A stretch of 63,165 bases of DNA, filler included, from Octopus bimaculoides (taxonomy: Eukaryota): assembly GCF_001194135.2 (NCBI RefSeq). It is 5 parts of 5 records of this genome, joined end to end, with 100 filler letters (N's around TTAATTAATTAA, not from the genome) between each part and the next. Parts side by side here need not be neighbours in the genome. Positions count along the whole stretch, not along the records: positions 48,432 to 54,947 come from NC_068989.1; positions 55,048 to 61,092 come from NC_068981.1; positions 61,193 to 63,165 come from NW_026431393.1; 2 more parts are not named here. One strand, written 5' to 3'. The notes under the pieces are model-generated. The model ran no database searches. It saw only the letters and a list, made by a program, of their open reading frames with translations, and was not told where the DNA came from. How positions within the stretch are numbered: the stretch's first letter is position 1; each line of letters opens with the position of its first letter. Positions 53,162 to 63,165 of the stretch are shown here, piece by piece. The position numbers were made by a program, and so were the translations under genes.

Positions 53162-55985
53162 NNNNNNNNNNNNNNNNNNNNNNNNNNNNNNNNNNNNNNN
53201 NNNNNNNNNNNNNNNNNNNNNNNNNNNNNNNNNNNNNNNNNNNNNNNNNNNNNNNNNNNNNNNNNNNNNNNNNNNNNNNNNNNNNNNNNNNNNNNNNNNN
53301 NNNNNNNNNNNNNNNNNNNNNNNNNNNNNNNNNNNNNNNNNNNNNNNNNNNNNNNNNNNNNNNNNNNNNNNNNNNNNNNNNNNNNNNNNNNNNNNNNNNN
53401 NNNNNNNNNNNNNNNNNNNNNNNNNNNNNNNNNNNNNNNNNNNNNNNNNNNNNNNNNNNNNNNNNNNNNNNNNNNNNNNNNNNNNNNNNNNNNNNNNNNN
53501 NNNNNNNNNNNNNNNNNNNNNNNNNNNNNNNNNNNNNNNNNNNNNNNNNNNNNNNNNNNNNNNNNNNNNNNNNNNNNNNNNNNNNNNNNNNNNNNNNNNN
53601 NNNNNNNNNNNNNTGTGAAGAACGAATTTGTACGTGGTTTGTTTCTGAGACCTAAGAACGAATTTGTACGTGGTTTGTTTCTGAGACCTATTCTATTGGG
53701 CCTCTGTGTAATCTGGCGTCCTAAACGTTGTTTTAACGATTCAGCATTAAGTGCTGCAGCATACCTTTGCTGATCTCCAGAAAGTTTCATCTCCCTTCAC
53801 CTCCAGCCGTTTTCGTCACGTATGTTTGTGTAATTGTATGTATGTGTATCCAATAACGTACATAACGAACGCGCAAAGACGCACAGTCTCACAGATATAT
53901 ACATATTCTGAAACAAAATGTGACGATACACAAACATACACTCCAATATAGAGTGACATTCATATAGTAGGAGAGACACACAGTCATACATTCATGCATG
54001 TTAGTTGTCACATATGTATATGTGTAATAACGTACCTAACGCGGAAACACACACATTCACTGGCGTACACACTCATACATTCACAGACACACACATGCAA
54101 AAAGTGACGTCGTCGTCGTTGTGATATAAGATATCCTTTACTATCTCGTACGTATCGAACGCGCAAACTCACACACACAGACACATACACCCTTATATAA
54201 AATGTCCTCTACTATAGTTGACTATAGAAAGATTACGTCTATGAAATGTTATATTGTTTTAATGAAAATGAAAAAAAAGATATACATTAACAATCGTAGG
54301 GCGTATTATTATATAGTAAGAAAGACACACACAGATATTACATTCACGCATGTCAGATGTCACATATGTATATGTATGTGTAGATGTGTGTGTGTGCGTG
54401 GTGAATAACGCCCCTAACGTGGAAACACACAGACACACACACACACTCAGTTACATACGCACTCGTACACTCACTCACGTACACTCACAAACACATAGGC
54501 ACTCTTATACAAAATGTGACGTTGTCGTTCAGTGCGAAAATACACATACACTGACAGACACATATACGTTCATACACTCACACACATACACTGAGAGACA
54601 CATATACATTCATACACTCACACACATAGACACATAGACACATAGACACTCATATACAAAATATGACGTTTTCCTCGTCATGCAAATGTCCTGTACAATA
54701 TTTGACTATAGATAAGATTATCTCTAAAAACTGTTATATTCTTTTAACCGAAATGGGAAAAAATACATGTTGACACTCCTAATCTGTGATGCTATAACCA
54801 TGTAAAATTTTATTTTATTTGGTGGAGCCGTTTGATATATAGATTAATCAAATAGAAGCAAATGTACTTCAGGTAATTTAACAGTAAAGGCCACAATAAT
54901 TATTAGATAAATTTCTTCATTCATATACATATATATATATATATATANNNNNNNNNNNNNNNNNNNNNNNNNNNNNNNNNNNNNNNNNNNNTTAATTAAT
55001 TAANNNNNNNNNNNNNNNNNNNNNNNNNNNNNNNNNNNNNNNNNNNNATATATATATATATATATATATACATACATATATACGACAGGCTTCTTTCAGT
55101 TTCCGTCTACCAAATCCACTCACAAAACTTTGGTCAGTCCGAGGCTATAGTAGAAGACACTTGCCCAAGGTGCCACGCAGTGGGACTGAACCCGGAACCA
55201 TGTGGTTGGTAAGCAAGGTACCACACAGCCACTCCTACGTCTATGTGTATGTGTATATGTATGTACGTGTTTTCTACACAGTTGCTGTTTGCCAAATTCC
55301 TTCACAAGGACATTGGTCTGTCCAGATTTATAGTAGAAAACACTTGTCTAAATTGCCGTGCGGTGGAACTGAACGTAGATCTTCTTAACCATGCTGCCAC
55401 AGCGGCATTTGTATGTGCGCGCGCACGTATGTCTGTGTGTGTGTGTGTGAGTGAGTGTGTAGAAGTAAAGCTTTCGTCTTAAAGTTACTCTAAGAATAAG
55501 AGCAGTAATTCAATATGGACAGTAGAAACAGATTTATTGTAAAATTTGGGTTGACTCGGATTTCCAGTTTTGTCTGTCGGCTTATTCGTTTAACTTAACC
55601 CATTGCATAGAAACTTGAGTGCCGACCTAATGTTGGTACAGCCTTTCTCTCCAGCTGTCTTATCCTGGATGTTCCACTAGATTAAGAGTAAGAGGGCCGA
55701 GAAAGTATTTATGTTTGTTTGTGACTATTTAGGCAGCTAAAGCTATTGACGAAAGCACGGTATATATAATCACGAGTGACGGATATAATATGTGAGCGAA
55801 TTACGCTCCTCAGATGTGCTTATTTTGGTCATCGGTTAAACTCATCAAAAAATGGCTGCAACATGCAACGAAAGATCTACGAGCAAAACATGTAGCGGTT
55901 GTGCTACATCTCATCAGATGGCTGTCCATCAGACAAGCTATTCACTTGCCAGTGTCTCTACCTTCTTAGGCAGCCAGCCAGCCTG

Positions 55986-56669
55986 TGAAATTTTTTCCCA
56001 CAAGAGTTCCAGACCTCAGTAATGAACTCATTTGCATACAGCCAATCAGAGCTCACCATGAAAATCCACATATTGTGTATTACTACAGTACAGCCAGTCA
56101 GGCATAAAATAGTGTATGCCACTCTGTGCATACAGCATAACAGCTCTCACATAAGCACCACACTCCCTACCACCACCACCATCCTCATAGATCAATTGAG
56201 CACCATCTCTATATGGAGCTAACATTAGCTACCTATGCTCAAACTGAGATTAGTAATACTGCATGTACCCATTGATATATGCAAGGAGGGTGCTATATGA
56301 CACAGCACCATATTGATTACAACATTTCCAATCAACACCAACGTTTAAAATTAGGAATGTACAAAATCAGTCAAAAAGTTAGGAAACTACACTCATTTAC
56401 ATTTTCTAGTAAATTACGCAAATTGGCAACACTTATGGCATCAACGGTGAGCAGCTCTCCATTCACTTTAAACACTAAATTTCACATTTGTCACCCCTAT
56501 TAACCCGTTTAAAACAGTTGGGTTTTGCTGTAATGTACATTTTCCACTGAGCCCAACCAGAGTATTTTCGTGACTAGGTGGACACTAGTTTGATAGTTGA
56601 GCTCTGATTGGCTGTATGCAAATGAGTTCATAATTGGGGTGCAGAACTTTTGTGGGAAAACAAATTTCA
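55986..56669. repeat. ~70-bp inverted repeat pair enclosing ~540 bp (probable MITE or subterminal repeats)
   Basis: 55986-56055 is the reverse complement of 56598-56669, with the core ATGAACTCATTTGCATACAGCCAATCAGAGCTCA identical. Confidence 0.8.
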
Positions 56670-56772
56670 TGGCCGATCTTCACACGTAAACCATAGCTGT
56701 GAAATGATGAAAAATGTGAACCAGTGACCTTGTGTTCCTTACTCTTTTTCGTCTCAACAATGACAATGATGA

Positions 56773-56836
56773 TACCTGGTTGATCCTGCCAGTGGTCTAA
56801 TGTTTGTCTCATAGCTTACATCATGCAAATATAAGA
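56773..56836 (+). pseudogene. 18S rRNA 5'-end fragment (rRNA pseudogene)
   Basis: TACCTGGTTGATCCTGCCAGT is the conserved eukaryotic 18S 5' terminus. A degenerate match continues (..ATGTTTGTCTCA..CATGCA..TAAG) and then stops. Confidence 0.8.
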
Positions 56837-57741
56837 TCATGCTGTAAAAGAATGACGAACCTCTACTGCTATTCTCATTGGATGCTTCAAAGGAGAGGAT
56901 GGAATTACATCCAGAATTTTACTCATACAAACAGATGTGTCTTTTTAATTTAAGAGACTCAGTTTCCAGAACACCTTAGCTTTGTCATGTGAATTAATAT
57001 TTAGACCAAATATTGTCAATTTCTGAACTGCATCTTTAATAATACTGCTAATGACCAATTCTATGAAGGATTCTTAAGAACTGAAAGCCTCCACCTGTAA
57101 TCTGCTTATTGATGTCCTGTTGATAAAACCCCATGGAAATTGCATATCCAGCGGTACTGATGTGATAAAGGCTATAATGGTTACATTTCTAACATCACAT
57201 TTGTTAGGATTCATCGTTGGTCTTCCTACCATTTCTTTACCATTCCATATAGTACAGTACTAATATTTTGCAAGTGTAAGTTTCTTTTTGTTACTCTAGG
57301 TTCCACACATTTATAAGAATGACTGATCACCATGGATAGTTAACCGCCTCAAAGAATGCCAGAAATACAAAGCTAATATAATTATGTTCAGTAATAATCT
57401 AATATGAACCAGGATTGCTTTCAAATTTACTTAATCCATTGTTTCATTTAATAAGCTTGAATTAGACATAAAACAGTTACGCAGTCATGAAATATACTAT
57501 TAATATCGGCATTGTATTGGAAGAACTATGCTTTAGACACTGGACTGTTATAAATGTATCGGAAAATAATTTCATATGTCAGGAGAGATCTAGCAGTGTT
57601 CTATGACTTTATTTGGAGATATCCAACAGTAGAGAATGCTGAACAAGCACCATCCAGGTTTTGATAGTGAGTAAGATTCTTCAAGTGGTAAGTGCCATTG
57701 TTTTTTTTATCTGAACAGCTGCTTATACACACCACAAAGAA

Positions 57742-58135
57742 ATGATCAAGCTCAATAACAATCTATTAAGCAACAACTACCCCAAAAATATACCATCCAC
57801 TCCAATCATGGAGAAAAGAGAGGATGAAACCGATAAACTGTTCACAGTCTGTCTACCCTATGTGAAAGGCCTCTTCGAAAAGATACAAAAGATATGCGGC
57901 CCATATGACATCAGGACAGTCTTCAAGAGTAATACAACACTTTGCAAATATCTCCTTTGAGTAAACCCACCAATAGAAGAGAATATGACCAAAGACTGCG
58001 TGTACTCCATCCCATGCAGCTGTGGTAAGTTATACAAAGGCGAAACATGTTGCCCCCTCAAAATAAGGGAAGACGAACATCGCAAAGCTGTGACGCGGGG
58101 AGATATTGATAAATCGAGTATGGCTGTGAATGAAG
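57742..58135 (+). pseudogene. Penelope-like element fragment (linker plus canonical GIY-YIG endonuclease start)
   Basis: VCLPYVKGLFEKIQKIC..IRTVFKS, an in-frame stop, then CVYSIPCSCGKLYKGET..LKIREDEH. Confidence 0.85.
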
Positions 58136-58289
58136 AACTGGGTTTTAGGACGTTGAATTTTTGTTGTGTGCAGAATGTGAAGGGTAGTTCTTATAAAGAT
58201 AGTTTTAGTCACTGGCCTAACAGATTCTGATGCGTCATGAGAGAAGTATTTGTATTATGAGGGATAATACAAATTATGTGGTATCAACA

Positions 58290-58960
58290 CCAGTACTTTT
58301 AATGTGGCACCAGAACCTGTGTTTTTATGTGGAACCCACCATACCAGTGCTGTTGCATAACATCATCACTCATGCTTTTTACGTGAGACCATCACCAGTG
58401 CTTTTTGTGTGGCACCAGAACCTGTATTTTTATGTGGAACCCACCATACCAGTGCTGTTGCATAGCATCATCACTCATGCTTTTTACGTGAGACCATCAC
58501 CAGTACTTTTAATGTGGCACCAGAACCTGTGTTTTTATGTGGAACCCACCATACCAGTGCTGTTGCATAGCATCATCACTCATGCTTTTTACGTGAGACC
58601 ATCACCAGTGCTTTTTGTGTGGCACCATNNNNNNNNNNNNNNNNNNNNNNNNNNNNNNNNNNNNNNNNNNNNNNNNNNNNNNNNNNNNNNNNNNNNNNNN
58701 NNNNNNNNNNNNNNNNNNNNNNNNNNNNNNNNNNNNNNNNNNNNNNNNNNNNNNNNNNATTTTTATGTGGAACCCACCATACCAGTGCTGTTGCATAGCA
58801 TCATCACTCATGCTTTTTACGTGAGACCATCACCAGTACTTTTAATGTGGCACCAGAACCTGTGTTTTTATGTGGAACCCACCATACCAGTGCTGTTGCA
58901 TAGCATCATCACTCATGCTTTTTACGTGAGACCATCACCAGTGCTTTTTGTGTGGCACCA
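58290..58960. repeat. 105-bp minisatellite with alternating A/B variants
   Basis: Units start at 58290, 58395, 58500, 58605, then after the gap at 58833 and 58938. Confidence 0.95.
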
Positions 58961-59192
58961 TCTCCATAATATAATTTTGACAAGACATACAGCAGACTAA
59001 AATTGTAACTCATCAATTATATCAACTCCAGTGCTATACTGATAGTTAGTTCATCAACCCCAAAAGGATAAAAAGCAAAAAGGACTTTGGTGGAATTTGA
59101 ACTCAAAATATAAAGACAGACAAAGCACTACTAGCATATTATCTGGCAAGCTAATGATTCTCCCAGCTCCCCCACTAGCAGATAGAGTAATA

Positions 59193-59499
59193 TCGTGGCA
59201 TTCCGTTGGTAATGACGATGGGGGTTCCAGTTGATCTGATCAACAAAACAGCCTGCTCGTGAAATTAACATGCAAGTGGCTGACCTTTGAAATACAGGTA
59301 CAACAGAAATAGGCAGAAAGAGTGAGAGAATGTTGCAGTGAAAGAGTACAACAGGGTTCGCCACCACCCTCTGCCGGAGCCTCGTGGAGCTTTAGGTGTT
59401 TACTCTCAATAAACATTCACAATGCCCGGTCTGGGAATCGAAACCATGATCCTACGGCAGCAAGTCCGCTACCCTAACTGCTAGGCCATTGCACCTCCA
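59193..59499 (-). mobile_element. SINE family B, internally deleted, next to a family D copy (59040-59178)
   Basis: 14-bp TSD CAGATAGAGTAATA (59179-59192, 59500-59513). Confidence 0.88.
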
Positions 59500-59920
59500 C
59501 AGATAGAGTAATAGTATAAACATCATAAGCATTAAGGTTAAATTAAATGCTTTGCAAGCAGTTAACTAGATGAATAAATGACAACTTGAAACTCAGAGTA
59601 ACAAGCAAAAATACTTCATGTTTTAATAAAAAATATGTGGACTCTATTTCATGTTTTGAGTAATTTTTCCTCAGTTGTAAACACCAATACACATGTACAT
59701 GCACACACACACATATATATGTTCATGCATTTATATATATGCACACACATATATGTCTATATATAAATCCTTAGTCATATATATATATATATATATGTGT
59801 GTGGGTGTGTATATATATATACATGAATACATACACACACACACATATATTATATATATATATTATAGATAGATACATAAATATATATATAGATATAGAT
59901 ATATACATATTCTCATATAC

Positions 59921-59951
<31 letters not shown>

Positions 59952-59958
59952 TACATAT

Positions 59959-59994
<36 letters not shown>

Positions 59995-60656
59995 TTTATA
60001 TATATTCCCATCTATATTTATATATGTATCTTTATACACGCACACATGCACGCACACGTGCACACACACACACACACATACACACACATATACATATACA
60101 TATACATACACACATACACACATACATTTCTTCATGATACATTTATCTAAAGTTTGCATGTAAAGGAAGCTTAGAGAGAGAATTAAAACTAAAAATTTAA
60201 CAACAAAACACAACGAAATAAAATGATTGAAAACAAAACAAAACAAATAAAAAAAGTATAACAAAATATAATAATAATAATAAACAGCAAGGAAGAACAA
60301 TAAAAAACTCACTTGTCATTCATCGTTTGTTCTGAAAATGACACCTAATTGCGAATTATTCTTTGTTCAATGTTTTTCACTCAAGTTTTATTCCATTTCA
60401 ATATTTCGTTCCAAGACACCTTGTATAATCATTTGGAGAATTTCTTATATTTTTCTACTTCCATACTCACTCAGGCTGCCATCCACATCTTCAATGCCAC
60501 CGTACGTACATGTATGTCTGGAATAACATACAGGTTCATGTACATGTATATGTACACATGCACATACACACTCACACACACATGCATATGTATAGCTGCA
60601 CATGTATATATGCGTATATACACTGACATACTAGTATACGATTATGTGTTTGTATG

Positions 60657-60746
<90 letters not shown>

Positions 60747-61050
60747 AGAGAGGGAGAGATACTCTGAGATCCATTTAGTGATGTATGCGCACATATTGAA
60801 GTGTGTACATAGAGCCACACATATATTCAGAAACACACATTAATATGAGTGTATGTTTGTATGTATGAATGAATGTATGTATATGTGTGTGGGTGTATAC
60901 ATATATATATACACATGAATATATTTATATATTTGTGTGTGTGTATGAATGAATGGATGTATATGTGTGTGGGTGTATACATATATATACACATGAATAT
61001 ATATATATGTGTGTGTGTTTGTGCATATGCATATATATATATATATATAA

Positions 61051-61092
<42 letters not shown>

Positions 61093-62414
61093 NNNNNNNN
61101 NNNNNNNNNNNNNNNNNNNNNNNNNNNNNNNNNNNNTTAATTAATTAANNNNNNNNNNNNNNNNNNNNNNNNNNNNNNNNNNNNNNNNNNNNGTATGTAT
61201 GTATGTATGTATGTATGTATGTATGCATGTATGTTTATATGTGTATTTCCGACTTTAACATCGCTTCACAATAGCTTTGTTTATAGTTACGTTCCTGTAA
61301 CTTCGCGGTTCGACAAAACAACCGATATAATAATTACCAGGTTTTAGAAAATAGATGCCGGTGTCGATTCATTCAACTAAAATTGTTGACGACGGTGCCC
61401 CAGTATGGCCCCAGTTCATTGATTGAATGAATTAAAAATATAGTTTTTCTGAATCAGTGATTCTTTCCTTGCTATGACATTCACTAAGAGTCGAGGGTGA
61501 ATTGGAAAAGAAATTCCTGTTTCTTTAACTCAACTTCTGGCTTTCATTTCAATGGGAATCCGTCGTTGTTTATTGTCTAAGAATAGAATCAAAACAAAAT
61601 TAAAGATAAAGGGATGTAACAAGAGTTATTTCCCTTACCCTACTCCTTATATTACCGGAAGGTATGTATCTGTGCGTGTGTTTGTGATCTAGACTTCCTA
61701 TTATCGTCATGGTTTCCTGATTATATTTCATTATCCTTCTCAATGCTCGGACACAATCAAATAAGAAATCTAGAAGTTCGTCGCAATCTCTTATGTTGTA
61801 TGACAGGAAAACTCTGAGGAGCGATATTACGTGATGATTCTCTGAGTAACATTGGAGTTTGGACGTTCTTCAGATATTCAGCTCACTGCTTAAGTCCGAT
61901 GGAGATTTGGAAATGGTTAGTATCCGAAAAACAAGAAACAAAAAAAGAAAACAGAAGTACTGACGGCAACAATAAAAATAAAAATGTAGTTTACCAGTCG
62001 GAAAACTACATTTGTATTTGCAACTAGAAAATATCGAGAGATTTAAAAACGAAGGAAGATTATCACATTTTCTTCGTTTTACCCGATTGTCACGCCGTTA
62101 GCCGTGTTTAAAGTTATAATACATTATTGCGGATTATATAGTCCCTTAGTCACATAATTTTGTATTAATAAGCAAAAATAATGGTATGTTATATGAAAGT
62201 TTGGAGACGATGTGTGTGGGACAAACCAGTTGTAGTAGTCAGTTGTCTGTAGGACAAGCCCGTTGTAGTTCAGGTTTTCGCCCCTAGAAGCTCCATGACA
62301 CGACCATCTGGATTCAGTATGCCGACCGGCGACTCCGAACCCTGGTCTACCGCCATGTGGTGCGTGTTTGACCTGTTGTGCTTCTCAGTTGATCGTAGAT
62401 TTTTGAGTTTTCTG

Positions 62415-63030
62415 AAAAGAAGGAACAGCATGCTTCCGTGAAATTATGTTTTCTGCTGAGGAAAACGGCAGCAGAAAGAGTTGTCATGCTTCTGACAGAT
62501 TACAAGGACACTGCCCTGAGGAAGACAAAAGTTTTTCATGCTTTAGGAATGGTGACATGTCGCACGAATATCAACCTCGTTCAGGGCATCCGTAGACATC
62601 CCGAACGAATGAAAACATCGTGATAATTCATGAACTGCTCTTGGTGGACAATCAATGAATAAGTGACGAACTTGTTGATATGTGTGGTGTATCCATGAAA
62701 ACTTGTCAACCAATTTTGAGAGACGAATTGCGAATAAAATGCGTTGCATCAAAATTTTGCTCACGGAAGATCGAACGTAATCGCGAACGAATGTGTGTCG
62801 TAAATTGAATGAGTAATTGGATATTGATTTGAATATTTTTATTTTTTAAGGTCATAACTGGTAACGAAAACAGGTGCTACGAAATTTGCAGATGTTGAAG
62901 AAGCGACGAAAAAACGATGGAGGCGCGAAATGGTATCCTTCTGAAGAGTTCTAGCACTGCTTCGTAAAGTGGAAAACTCGTCAGGACAGATGCTTTCAAA
63001 TAGAGAAAACTTTGAAGGTGATTATACCGG
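62415..63030 (+). pseudogene. mariner transposase relic, internally deleted
   Basis: EQHASVKLCFLLRKTAAE, QPRSGHP, CVASKF, VITGNE, KFADVEE and terminal EGD, with many stops and frameshifts. Confidence 0.8.
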
Positions 63031-63165
63031 TTTGTTTTGTATATATTGAGGGACAGTCGTGGCTGTGGGGTTAGAAGCATTGCTTAACACTCTAGGCAAG
63101 TGCCTTCACGCATAGCCTTGAGCAGACTAAAGCCTTCTGAGTGGATTTGATAGACGGGACCTGAA

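Noticed and set aside
58290-58960. CRISPR-like array
   Set aside because: Units are contiguous tandem repeats without unique spacers, in eukaryotic DNA with no cas genes.

Overview
AT-rich, gap-containing eukaryotic (metazoan) genomic DNA, dominated by repeats. The SINE repertoire and the very high microsatellite density suggest a coleoid cephalopod, probably Octopus (inference, not verified). There is no intact multi-exon gene. The long ORFs in the supplied track are microsatellite or N-run artefacts. Supportable content: four tRNA-headed SINE families (called A-D here); decayed CR1, RTE and R4/Dong-type LINE pieces; two Penelope-like (GIY-YIG) fragments; several Tc1/mariner relics; hAT and piggyBac-type MITEs; a MITE carrying a telomeric palindrome; an 18S rRNA 5' fragment; and one candidate signal-peptide first exon of a host gene. 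The most notable system is a set of apparently ORF1-only ('half-LINE', HAL1-like) retroelements. One copy is full length between 15-bp TSDs. They carry intron-like signals in the 5' UTR and share a 3' tail with a SINE D variant. A ~700-bp inverted repeat with hammerhead-like cores also stands out. Four 100-bp N/TTAATTAATTAA/N spacers look like artificial scaffold joins, so contiguity across them is unproven.
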